From the NCBI GenBank assembly GCA_045863395.1, contig BTVJ01000022.1:35443-99442 (forward strand): 64,000 bases of DNA. The letters run 5' to 3'. Source of the stretch: Myxococcales bacterium. GTDB taxonomy: Bacteria > Myxococcota_A > UBA9042 > JABWCM01 > BTVJ01. Shown in pieces: positions 9,001 through 17,800 of the stretch. The position numbers and the translations under genes are program-made. Position 1 is the first letter of the stretch. Every line of letters starts with the position of its first letter. The notes below the pieces were generated by a model, which saw only the letters and a program-made list of their open reading frames with translations, was not told the DNA's origin and made no database searches.

Positions 9001-11873
9001 GCGCTGCTGGTGTCGCCGCACCAGGAGTTGCACTGCTTCCAACACCCACCCGTGTAGCCGCTGACCATCAGGCCGGTCCACATCCACGAGGAGCCGCAGA
9101 CGTTCACCTGGTACTTGATGCCCGCGCTGGCGACGCCGTTGGCGGTCCACTCGCCGAGCACCTCGCCGCTCGAGAAGTAGCCAGCCTCGGTCATGCGGAA
9201 GGTGGCCCCGCCGTCCCGGGTGAACCACGCCTTCTGGCTGTTGTCGTGCCGGACGTACAGGATCTGGGCGATGTCCACGTTCCTGCAGTCGGTGCGGTAG
9301 CCATCCTGTCCGTAGGGCTTCGCGGCGTCGTAGGTGACCTCCGACTGGATCTGGACCTCCAGGTCGTCCGAGTAGCACATGGTCCAGCCGCCGCCGTCCG
9401 TCTCCATGTCGCAGTAGACTCGGTATGCGTCAGCGGGGTCCCCACCGTTCGGGTCGATCCAATACTCGCCGCTCGCCGTGACCCCCTTCTCGTAGGCGTC
9501 CACGCAGTCCGTGTAGTAGTTGCCGACGATGCCGCAGGTGTCGACGGTGCACGCGTTGTTGTCGTTGCACACCTTGGGCGTGCCCAGGCACGTGCCTGCC
9601 GCGCACTTGTCGTTGATCGTGCACCCGTCCCCGTCGGAGCACGCCTTCGTGTTGTTGGTGTACGCGCAGTCGCCGGTCCCGGCCACGCACGCGTCGTCCG
9701 TGCAGGGGTTCTGGTCGTCACAGTCCACCAGGGGCTGCGCGTCGCACACACCCGCCGTGCAGGTGCCAGGTCCCTCGCAGGCGTCGTCCGCCCCACAGAC
9801 CGTTCCGTCGGTAGCCGGGGTCCACCCGAGCTCGTTCGAGAGCGGATCGCACACGAGACATGGGTTGGACGGGCTGGGATCGCCCGGCGCGACGCAGGCC
9901 CCGTCGATGAGGCACGCGCCATCGCAGGAGCAGCGACCGCCGAGGCACGACGCGGTGTCGCAGTCCAGGTTCTTTGCGCAGATCTGCGACTCGGTGAGCC
10001 ACGGTCCCGCGTACACGATGTCCATGACGGTGAGGTCGTCGAGCACCCGCTTGGTCGTGCTGGCAGCCGTCCCGTTCGCGTTGAGGCGCTGGATGCGCCC
10101 GCCGTCCCCTGCGATGACCCACTCAAGGCCCGTCCACACGATGCCTCGAATGGTGACCCCCTCCAACGCCTGGAAAGGCTCGCCGATCACCTGGCCGTCG
10201 AGGCCGATTCGGTGCAGGAAGCCCGCCCATCCTCCGACCAGGAACTCGGTGCCGTTGAAGGCTGCGGCGAGGATCTGACCGCCGGACATGGCGCCCTTCC
10301 AGCCGCCTATGGCGGTGAGGTTGTTGTCGAACTGCTGGTAGCGGCCGTAATCGCCGAAGACCCAGATGGACTGTCCCGTGGCCACGACCTTCTGGATGTT
10401 GCTGCCCCCGATGCCGGTCTGCGACACCTGCGTCGTGTTGCCGTCGGAGCTGATCAGCCGGATTGCGCCGCTTGCTCCGGCGGTCACCCAGCGCGTCCCC
10501 GTCCATGCGACGCTGTATTGAGTCGGGCTCCCGGTAGATACCTTGGTGGCGCCGACAGTGCCATTTGACTGGATGAGAGCGTAGCGGCCGCTGTCACCCG
10601 CCACCAGGAACCGATCCCCGTCGGAAGCAACGGCGCGCGCTCCATACCCACCGGAGAGCACATAGGTGCTCCCGTTGTAGGCGGTGAGCTGCTGCCCCGT
10701 GGGGCTGATGAGCTGCCCATAAGCCGAGCCGACGATGTAGAAGTTCGTGCCGTTCCAGGCAACGCGCTCGATCTGGTTGGTCCCGAACACCGATGTGTAA
10801 GGCGTGATGGGGACGGAGTTGGTTCCAATCCGCTGTACCCGGCCGCTGCCGCCGCCATACAGCCAGGACGTGCCCAGGAACGTGGTGGCGTAGGCAGTCT
10901 GGTTGTCCAGCGCCTGGCGCACCCCGGGAACCGAGGAGAGGTTGGACGGGAGGATCAGATACTGGCCGGACGCGCCCACCAGCATCCACTTGCCGTCGCC
11001 GGGGGCGATGTCGTACCAGGTGGGGCCGCTGATCTTGTACGTGGCGGCGTCGGGGATGCCGCTGTTGTCGATGATCTGGAAGCGCCCGCTGACGCCGGCG
11101 ACGATGAACCGCGTGCCGTCCCACGAGACCGCCTCGATCTGGCCACCAGCCAGCGCGGGCGTGTAGGTGCCCACGGGCGCCCCGTCGGCGTCGACGAGCT
11201 GGACGCGGCCGCTGTCTCCGCCAGCGAGCCAGTGGGTGCCGTTCCAAGCAACGCCCATGATGCGCGCGCCGCCCAGCGCAATGCCATAGGTGCCCACCAA
11301 GGTGCCATCCGAGGCCACGCGCTGTACACGCCCCGCGTCGCCCGCGACGAGCCACACATCGCCGTTCCAAGAGATGCTCTGGACCGCGTTGCCCTGGATC
11401 ACCGTCTGGTAGGTGCCGAGGGTGGCGCCAGCCCCATCGACCATCTGGATGCGGCCGCTGTCGCTGCCGACGAGCCAGTTCGTACCATTCCAGGAGATGG
11501 CCCGCACGGCCGAGCCCCCGTTGACCGTCTTGACGGTCCCCGTGGGCATGCCTTGCCCATCGACGAGCTGGACCCGCCCTGCCCCTCCACCGACGAGGGA
11601 GTAGGTGCCATTCCAGCTCGCGGCGAAGAGGGTCTGGCCCTCGATTGCCGACTGGATGGACCGCGGTGGCACGTTCAGGTCCGGTGAGACCGACTGCACG
11701 GCGCCGCTCTGACCGACGGCCATGAGGTTCGAGTCCCCGAAGCCGCTGAGGAGCGTCCACGCGCCGCCCAGCAGCACCGCGCTGGCCAGGACGCGCCCCA
11801 GCCTTCCCACTCCGTTCTTGGTTTCCATGTGTCGTTCCGTGCCCCCGCGGGGGGCCTGCGTGTCCATGTTCAT
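1..11873 (-). CDS. Giant secreted repeat protein (>3940 aa, C-terminus beyond left edge): >=5 modules of 14 WNGTxWLVxGDSGRVQ repeats (predicted beta-propellers), Cys-rich linkers, one fibrinogen C-terminal-like domain
   Basis: Manual translation of the minus frame is open from ATG 11873 (ATGA overlap with the upstream stop; alternative ATGs 11867 and 11828) to position 3. N-terminus METKNGVGRLGRVLASAVLLGGAWTLLSG is signal-peptide-like. Absent from the ORF track because it has no stop in the window. SGEYWIDPNGG...VYCDMETDGGGWT at ~9380-9480. Confidence 0.9.
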   Translation of the reverse strand, partial: MNMDTQAPRGGTERHMETKNGVGRLGRVLASAVLLGGAWTLLSGFGDSNLMAVGQSGAVQSVSPDLNVPPRSIQSAIEGQTLFAASWNGTYSLVGGGAGRVQLVDGQGMPTGTVKTVNGGSAVRAISWNGTNWLVGSDSGRIQMVDGAGATLGTYQTVIQGNAVQSISWNGDVWLVAGDAGRVQRVASDGTLVGTYGIALGGARIMGVAWNGTHWLAGGDSGRVQLVDADGAPVGTYTPALAGGQIEAVSWDGTRFIVAGVSGRFQIIDNSGIPDAATYKISGPTWYDIAPGDGKWMLVGASGQYLILPSNLSSVPGVRQALDNQTAYATTFLGTSWLYGGGSGRVQRIGTNSVPITPYTSVFGTNQIERVAWNGTNFYIVGSAYGQLISPTGQQLTAYNGSTYVLSGGYGARAVASDGDRFLVAGDSGRYALIQSNGTVGATKVSTGSPTQYSVAWTGTRWVTAGASGAIRLISSDGNTTQVSQTGIGGSNIQKVVATGQSIWVFGDYGRYQQFDNNLTAIGGWKGAMSGGQILAAAFNGTEFLVGGWAGFLHRIGLDGQVIGEPFQALEGVTIRGIVWTGLEWVIAGDGGRIQRLNANGTAASTTKRVLDDLTVMDIVYAGPWLTESQICAKNLDCDTASCLGGRCSCDGACLIDGACVAPGDPSPSNPCLVCDPLSNELGWTPATDGTVCGADDACEGPGTCTAGVCDAQPLVDCDDQNPCTDDACVAGTGDCAYTNNTKACSDGDGCTINDKCAAGTCLGTPKVCNDNNACTVDTCGIVGNYYTDCVDAYEKGVTASGEYWIDPNGGDPADAYRVYCDMETDGGGWTMCYSDDLEVQIQSEVTYDAAKPYGQDGYRTDCRNVDIAQILYVRHDNSQKAWFTRDGGATFRMTEAGYFSSGEVLGEWTANGVASAGIKYQVNVCGSSWMWTGLMVSGYTGGCWKQCNSWCGDTSSAYFRMDGDDGGSYNGVAFNENGHTNVANKLMSVGVRSRKPSTPTGQGTEPLAACIFTSTEAPCDDGKACTEDDVCGPTGVCGGVPVADGAACDDGDACTGDGACVAGSCGTGSGLLGCPSLLAAGQNGAAGLIDPALNLAPKSVQTLIGGSTIYAVSAGSPHHLVAGDSGRVQLSNEQGVAQNSYATALAGYAIYDAAWNGTEWLVGGNGGRVQRVGADGVPIGSYATMLGGSVVRALAWNGIEYLVVGDSGRVQRVAADGTAIGSYVTALSGAAVYGVAWSGGTWLVGGDAGRVQLVAADGTLNPKWRTALVAAAINDVVWTGTGFLVVGASQRSHLIATDGTIIQDSYNPSGGATWYTVATNGSSLLLGGSSGYVRRSNASGGLQGGVAQALLGSTVRGIAWTGNGWLVGGDSGRVQAVATNGIPKVSYITTLLGNHVNVASWGGDRWLVGGSAYTQVVNKNGTAGSTVTSGVYTLSGGYGVQGLSFEGNRWLVVGDSGRYAFVNKDGAIQATKVISSSPTMYGACWNGTTHLAVGASGLVRRILPDTSTPGANETALGGANARVCVPIKGRFLVAGDLGRVQIVGANGVPVGTHKSAVLNQPIYAAATDGERVLVGGLGTGQVQLVDADGVPQGYPVTVLGTPIRAIAWTGTEWIVAGDSGRVRRVSSNLTPIGAVKIALDDLHIYALSAAGPTIPAAGACVTHADCATHQCVAGTCACESGCAADGVCVADGTPNPQNPCEVCNEAVNPMGWSDVVDGTSCSDGSPCVEAGVCSGGTCSEPAIVSCDDGNPCTADSCDPGTGACVYAAAAGSCNDGNPCTSGDACANMVCSGAAVTCNDSNPCTDDSCTPEDGCLNIPSYASCSDGNPCTDGDTCDGAGSCAGTVLADGAACSDGEACTIGDRCVAGTCTGGGVVPACNKLIASGDSGRFQIVPSDLSVPKPSIQVAMSGAYSYGIAAGPTGSLVIGDSWMQQVDDDGVPVGTRVQPLQGSADYMVITNGEEWLVGGDSGRIRRVAADGSLIGAAASNVLSSNQILAGAWNGTNYLVGGGAGLVCLLDAYGVPVSSPTTVMSGVTIRGIATDGTNFLVVGDSGWLRLLGPNGAPLAAAQHGLGGQTANAVAWTGQGYLVVGNNSYSQIVGADGLVNPDTLFHSGGSHWQAVVCNGTKCLAGGNSGYNRLLNPNGTSGGSLRTALDGAQIMGVTWTGTRYLVSGYYGRVQPVASNGVPVLPYGTALSGNQTYGGGWAGDRWMLVGYIYDHVIGVAGNSLSAVGTALSSYGVYTASWNGAHWLVSGDSGRYNLFLPNGNATGGTKVLSGSTPNMKAAAWNGTNWLSCGDSGLCRRIDKNGTLTASSTVLGGVAVRAVSSNGALWITGGDSGRTQLVDAAGGAIGSYITALSTPIRAIAWDGNRWLVAGDSGKVRLIDAAGAVAGAEQTVLAGNHIYGAAWTGTDWVVGGNGGTMQRLLPSGAPVGAVVTVLNGTTVRYVSYGGPSLTPGSACTLGTDCTSGACVAGYCLADCSIGGSQLVRGQTNPDNPCLVCDPDQNTSDWSPLAAGASCEDGDLCTVGDTCQQGLCASGAPKDCGDGSECTVDSCDQQTGSCGHIYVGGGSCPSQLLVAGASGAAMLVGSDLTVPPLSFQTTLGGSDALATSWNGTDSLVVGAAGKVQRVGADGLTSSAVGVVNGGSIARAAAWSGTEWLVGGDSGRVHLVGADGVPVGSYATALGGTRINAMAWGADAWLVGGDTGRIQVVGADGVPIGTHVTAIDGVQILAVAWSGTHWLVGGASGRVQLVNPDGTLAGGYQAAIAGSLIRAAAWDGTRFLVGGDASRIQAVDAAGAPIAGTFQTLGHTVYGVAPTTDGWLAVGNAGAYTRLSPTGSTIKTGTALQGLEAYAVTNAGVNWLVVGQSGRIQRVAFDATLVRPFQTLLGGTAIVSAAWSGSGWLLGGGTLVQVIDQSLAPQTGTLVPFLGSQAVRAVAWGKKAWIAVGDAGRLSLISAAGAPGADSNVGAGNNLLAAAWGGSSWLVGGAAGYVRVIDETGATASNGLTTLGGQVVRAISAGGNGWLVVGDLGRVQRVSKSGTSQGAYQSALFNLTALAASWSGTDWLIGGDSGYIQRIDALGKPVGKPVVALGGKSIRSIAWTGSNWVIAGDQGLLQKVDASGAPVGPTFTVLDGLAVYTSSMVGAALVAGSPCGSDLECPTAFCDEGTCDCGGGCAVGGACVAEGAENPEDPCQVCDPQADRKAWTARADGLVCDDGDACTGDGSCAAGVCVAAPSVDCSDQDPCTDDHCDSETGACSYTVNTEGCDDSNPCTTGDVCVEGLCAGDEPTDCDDGNPCTDDACDELLGCHSTPNEAACDDGNPCSGDGLCSEGACLAGAAVANGTPCSDGAPCNDHDACLDGQCMDGPATPGCANIVVAGQGGTVAIVPATLSVPPVSTQTAIGTNTVVAAAANPDGVTLVGGGGGYVQRVGTNGVPFGSNVQLLGGSTVNAIVWTGDAWLVGGASGRIQRIGADGVAIGSYAQILQGSAVQALSMGDGQILAAGASGRAQRLTLTGTASGSQITAIGGSTIYGAAWSGTHWLVAGDVGRVQLIAADGALASDWEPALAGGIARTVAWSGQSFIVAGDSGRWQLVSADGSVAAATYKIQGTTWQGSVASPNGVLLVGNSGQTAYVPKSGASSLTIRTSILGSHAYAAAWNGTNFLVGGASGRVQLVTSTGVPIVPYAVGMGGSTIEGSTFDGTNYVVVGSAYHEAYDTAGKVVYPYTSSSYTLSGGYGVRSAGHDGTKVLTAGDSGRYAFLNGSYVQQGTTVVTSSPTLYVSVWNGTSWLVGGSGGVFRTLNASGTQLGSNVTLLGGAVGRAAAWNGVHWLVVGDTGRVHRVNASGAAVGSYQSGMLNFTIRAVGWNGTQWLVGGDSGYIQFVGTDGMFIGSPVVMLGGQPIYGVLWTGGEWVIAGGAGYMRRLNPDGTAASGIVTTNDGNSIYTATYGGYVYDAG

Positions 11874-14800
11874 TGGCCGGCGACCGCGTCAGCCTGCGCC
11901 TTGCTCCATGCCTGAGCGTGGATCATCGTGATGATCCCCTCCTCGTAGCCGGAGCCCGTGATCCATGCAGCGTCGGGGTGGTAGAGCCCGTAACGGTCGG
12001 CCAGGTAGACCTCGACCGAGGCCCTGTCCTCGTCGCCCAGGGCCCTGTCGTAGATCAGCAGCTCCGCGAGATCGCCCGTCAGGTGCCCCGCGACTCCGGC
12101 GCCTACCCGCGATCCGTCGCGCCAGGCCAGGGGCGGCAGGGTCGCCGACCCCGTCGCGCCGTCGAGGCCGTGCTGCCGGAGGGCCACCGTCCCATCGATG
12201 GCGTGAACCACCGAGAGCACCCGCCAGGAGGTCCCGCCAAGCAGGGCGGCGCCGTCGGCAGCCACGTTGCCACTGCGATAGCGGAGCGTGGTCGTCGTCC
12301 CCTTGCGGGACAGGGAGATCGGCGCGGCACCGCCGCTCGTCGCCAGCTCCACGATGTGACCCCACCGGTCACCGGCGGCCGGTCGCAGCACGACGAAAGC
12401 GGAGACTCCCCGATCGAAGTCCACGAAGCCGGGCGGCAGCTCCAGGGCATCGTCCAAGCCATCGAAGCGCACCGCGGGGGCGCCGCCGATGCCCACCTCG
12501 CTCGGGAGCACGAGGGGCTGGGCCCCCTCCACCGTCTGGCTCGCGTCGGCCGGCGAGGGCACGGGGGCGAGATCCGCCCACAGGGCCACGGCCCCGTCGG
12601 GCCCCGCGACCACCTGGTCGCCGCGCAGCCAGACCGATACGCCGGCGCCGGGGATCCCCGCGTCCGACGCGACTCCGCCAAACGCCACGAAGGCGTCGGC
12701 CTCGGCCTGGGACCAGCGCTCCGCATGAATCCTGGCAACGACGTCCTCCGCGTACCCGTCGACCCACGTGGCCGCCGGGTGGTAGAGGCCGTGCCGGTCG
12801 GCGAGCCAGGCGGCGACGGCCTGGTGCTCCGCAGCGGAGAGGGCGCGGGTGTAGACCAGCAGCTCGGACAGCTCTCCGACGAAGGGGGGGCCGCCAATGG
12901 CGTTCTCGGTGCGCAGGACGGCGACCGGGAGCGGCATGGCGCTCGCCTTGAGCACCTGCCCGTCGCGGGACAGGGTGACGCCCGACGCACCGTGGACCGC
13001 GGAGAGCACCTGCCAGCGACCAGGGAGCAGGCCCTTCGGGCCCGTGGCGAAGGCGGCCCCAGCGCCGTAGCGGACCGAGCCCGTCGCGCCGTCCGCGCCC
13101 AGGGACACCATCTGCTGCCCCGCCGCGTTGCCGAGGCGGAGAAGGGGCGCGCCAGGCGCCGGGCGGGCCGGGCGGGCGACGGTGAAGACCGTGACGCCCT
13201 GGTCGAGGCCCGCGAAACCGGCAGGGAGGGGCAGCACGTCGTCCACGCCGTCGAAGGACACGGCGGGGTGGTCGCCCCCGAGCAGCACGGGGCGCCGCGA
13301 AGAGTCAGCCTGAGCCGCGTCCATGCCGGCTGGAGAGCGGTCCTCCCAGCCCTGGACGGCGCCCCCGGCCGCATCCACGCCGGTGGTGGCGTCCAGCCAC
13401 AGGGCGAGCCCAGGCGCGGGGATTGGCAGGTCCGGGTTCTGCGCCATGAACTCCCCGAGCGCCACCGTCTCGGCCTTGCCGAGCCCGTAGGTGTGCGCCG
13501 CGTCCACCGCCTCGGCGGCGAGGTCCTGGTCAAGCAGCCACGTAGCGTCCGGGTGGTACACTCCGTGCCGGTCCGCAAGGTAGACCTCCACCGCGTGGCG
13601 CTCGTCGGCGCCCAGGGCCCGATCCCAGACGAGCAGCTCGGCGATGTCCCCCGCGAAGGCCGGGAGCCCCGCGACCGGCGACAGGGCGATGCGGCTGCCG
13701 TCTCGCACGGCCGCCCTCGGCACCGCCACGGCGCCCGAGGCCGTGACCTCGCCGCCACGGACGATCTGGGTCTGGCCGTCCGGCTGCTGGATGGCGCCGA
13801 GCAGCCGCAGCTCAGGCACGGCGAGCCCCCCGTCGCCAGTGAGGGCCGTATCGCCGGACCGGAGCACGACGCCAGGGCCGGTCGCATCTCGCGTCAGGGC
13901 CAGCCTGCTCGCGGCGGTCGCCCCCGTCAGGTCGAGCAGCGTCCCCCAGCGGGCCGGCCCCGAAGCGCGCGCAACGGCGTAGGCGGTGAAGCCGCCGTCG
14001 AGGTGGGCCATGCCGGCGGGCAGGCGCAGCCCGTCGTTGAGGCCATCGAAGCGGACGACGGAGGTGCCCCCCTGGGAGGCCGCGGTCGGCCGAGCCGTCG
14101 CGTCCGTCTGGGTGGCGTCATCGGCCCAGGGGTCGGCCCCCTGGTCCGCCCAGGCGGCAACGACGCCTTCGGTCGCCGTCACCCCCTCGTCGGCGCGCAG
14201 CCACAGCCGCAGCGCGATCCCGGGGACTGGGGAGGCCGGGTGGGCCGCCGTCCAGGCGACCAGCGCGTCGGCCTGCGCCGCGCTCCAGCGGCGGGCGTGG
14301 ATGGTCGCCTCCACCGTGGGCGGGTAGGCGGCGATCCACGACGCGCTCGGGTGGTAGAGCCCGTGGCGCTCGGCCAGGAAGAGCTCCACGTCGACGCGCT
14401 CCGCCTCGGTCAGCGCCCGGGTGTAGACCAGCAGCTCGGCGACCGCGCCGCCCAGTGGAGCTCCCGCCCCGCCGCAGATCAGGTTGGCCGTGCGGGTAGC
14501 CACGCTTGGGAGCCGGACGTTGCCGATGCCCGTGACGGCGCCATCACGCCGGAGCGTCGCGGCCTCGCCCGGCACATGGACCACGGACAGGGCCTGGAGC
14601 TCCAGCAGGCGGGCGCCATGAGAGGCCTCCGCCATACGCTTTGCCACCTGATAGCGGAGGCCATCCGCGCTGCCCGCGCCCCCCAGGGTCACGCGGTCGG
14701 CCCCGGCGCCGCCCAGATCCAGGAGCAGGCCGGCGCCGGCGTCCCGGTCTGGTCTGACCACCGCGAACACCGTCAGCCCTTGTGAGAAGTCCGCGTAGCC

Positions 14801-17800
14801 GCTGCCAAGGACGAGCGCGTCGTCCTGGCCGTCGCAGCGCACCAGCGCCGCGCCGTAGACGGGGTCTGCGATGAGCTGCGGCTGGAGCCCCGCCGTCCCC
14901 TGCGCCGCGCCCGCGCCTTGCGCCGAGCGGTCGGCCCAGGCCTGCACGCGGCCCTCGGCGTCCGTCGTGACGCCCTGGGAGGCATCGAGCCACAGAGCGA
15001 GCCCCGCGAGGAGCGGCGCCGGCTTCGACACGTCGACGGCGATGCTCACCTGGTCGTTGCCCGGCTGCGCGTCCTGGAATCCAGGCCCCAGCGCGAGGGT
15101 CACCGTCCAGGCGCCAGCTCGCGGTGGCGTCCACGTCGCCTTCAGGTGCAGGGTGCCGTTCAGGTAGAACCAGGTGGTCGGCGCGACGACGTGCGTCCCG
15201 AGGCCGTCGGTGGCGCGCCAGGTGACCGGCAGGCCGTAGTAGGAGTCGTTGCCGCCGACCGCGCCCGTCAGGGTGACGGTGCCGCCCACCTCCACGTGGT
15301 TCGGGCTCGCCATGACCGACGCCGCGAGGACCGCCGCATCGAACGGGTCACCGCTCAAGCCGCCGGCCCCCAGCGCCCCGAGGGGCGGGCCGCCCAGGGG
15401 CACCTGATCCGTGGTGCCCGTGCCCGTGACGCCACCGCCGGTGCCGCTCCCCACCGGGCCCACGCCGGGGACTGGCGTCCCCGGGTGCACGACCCATGGC
15501 GCCGAGGCAGCGCCGTCCATGAACGACACGACGGCGGGGGCGCCGTTCGGCCCGGTGTAGGGCGGCGCCGCCACCATGGGCGCCGGCGAGCCAGCGCCGC
15601 AGTCCACGAGCACCACCTGCCGCTTCGTCACGTCCTGCTCATCGCCCGCCGAAGCCGTGACCGTCAGGTCCAGCAAGGCCCCCACCTGCTGGGGCATGGG
15701 AACGTCCAGGCGCCAGGCGCCATTGCGATCCGCGCGCCCCTCGCCGCTGGACAGGGGGGCCCCGGCCGACGCCAGGGACCAGGAGACCTGCGCCCCCTCC
15801 GCCGCCACGTCGTGGCACCACTGCGCGCCGTCGGACAGGCCCCATGACGAGCGGCCACCCGCCGACAGCGTTGCGCCAGCGCACACCTTGCGCGCCTCGG
15901 CGGCGGCGGTGCCCAACGACAGCCACTCGGGCGACGCAGCGCCGAGCAGCACGCCCACGCTGGCGCCATTGTTGAGCTCGTTGGGCTCGGGCAGCTCCCC
16001 GGCCGCATCGACGGTCGCCACCAGCGCGAAGGCGCCGAGGGCCAGCGCAGAGTCCGTGAGATCAAGCCCGAGGTGAAGAGGGGTCACGCCCGCGTCCAGG
16101 GCCGTCTCGACCGTCGCGACCACCTTGTCGACGCCGCAGCCCACCGCGCGCACGTCGACCCGCACCGGGGCCACCGTCGGCGCCGTGCCCGTGTTCTCCA
16201 CCGTCACGATGGCCGCGACCGGCACGCCCGCCGCGTCGCGCTCGAGCGTGAGGCCGGAGACCAGCAGGTCGTCCGCCCCGATGACGAGCACGGCGGCGGT
16301 GCCGATGACGGAGTCGCCGAGCTTGTCCGTTGCGCGGAACAGGAAGGAGTCGGGGCCCATGTACCCCGGGTCCGGGACGTAGACGAGCTGCTGGCCGGCG
16401 GTGACGAAGGCGTCGCCGTGCGCCGGCGCCAGCTCGATGGTGAACCAGTGGGCGTCCCCCTCGTCCGCGTCGACCACGGTCGGGGTGACGGGCGCGCTCG
16501 GCGTGTCCCGCTGGGTCACGATCTCGGCGCTGGCGGAGCTGGGCGCCTCGTTGGGCGTATCCGCGGGAACGACCTCGATGATCGCGCTACCCGAGGTGCT
16601 CGCCTTGCCGTCCGAAGCGTCGAAGTAGAGGGTATAGACGCCGAGCTGGTTCTCGCCGGGGGTCCAGGTCAGGACGGCCGTCCCGTTGCCCGCGTCTGCG
16701 AAGGACGCGCCCGCGGGCAGCGGCGTCGCCGCGATGGCGGGCGTCGTGCCGTCCGGGTCGGTGGCCGTGACCACGTACTCCAGGGTCTCGCCCACGCGGA
16801 TGCTGCGGCTCGGGGTCGGGCCGAGGACCGGAGCCGCGTTGTCGGCCACCACCTGGCCCATGGTCAGGGTGTAGGACAGCCCGAGCGGGTTGCCCGTGTC
16901 GAACACGTTTATCTTATATAGATAGGACTGGCTGAGCTTCTGCCACTCGCGGGACGCCCACGCGTTGCGGGAGGACAGCACCTTCCCGTCGCTGCGCACG
17001 GCCTTGACGACGTCCTGGGTGCCAAAGAAGGGGTCCGCGAGCTTCAGGTACGAGAAGCCGGCCGTCGGAGGCACGGTGACCGTCACCGCGCCACCGGCGA
17101 GGGAGATGGCAGAGGCGCTCGACACGTCGAGGACCGCCGTGTCCACCAGCTCAGACTCGTAGACCTTCAGCGCCGTGCCGTCCTGCGCCAGGAAGTCGAC
17201 GATGGCGTCCCGCCCGGGCAGGTCGACCTGGATGTCCCGGACCAGGGTGTGGGTGTTGACCTCCTCGAGCAGCGAGGTCAGCGCCCCGCCCAGGTCGTCC
17301 GAGTGGGTGAAGGTGGCGCTGAACTCGATGAACTTGCCCTGGAGCGTGGCGGTCATGATCCACTTGGCGATGCGCGCCTCGTTGGCGGGCACGGTCCCGA
17401 AGTCCACGAGCAGGCTCGGCGTGGACGGCTTGCCATGCACCTCGCTGCCGATGATCTGGAACGCGATGAGCAGCCCCAGCTCGTTCTCGACGATCTTGGG
17501 CTGGCTGGACTCGATGGCCAGCTTGTTCGCCGCGCCATAGCCCTTGTTGGCGACACGCACGCCCAGAGGGAACGGCTCGGGGGGCTCGATGGGGTCGGTG
17601 TACGGGTTGTCGCCATGCACCTCGTAGGGCAGGAAGTAGTCCAGGAAGAGCTTGGGCATGGGCTTGACGTAGATGCTGTCCGGGACGACCGCCACTTCGC
17701 TGAGCTCCCCGCCGATGCGATAGCTCACGTTGGCGCCCACGAGGTAGAGGGTGCCCTCCTTGGCGGGCCCCGCCGCCCCCGGCGCCGGGATGATCAGCCA

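Noticed and set aside
639..10568. Long plus-strand ORFs 639..3563, 3651..6707, 6864..10568
   Set aside because: Antisense shadows of the giant minus-strand gene; Arg/Ala/Gly/His-rich with no motifs, as expected in high-GC DNA.
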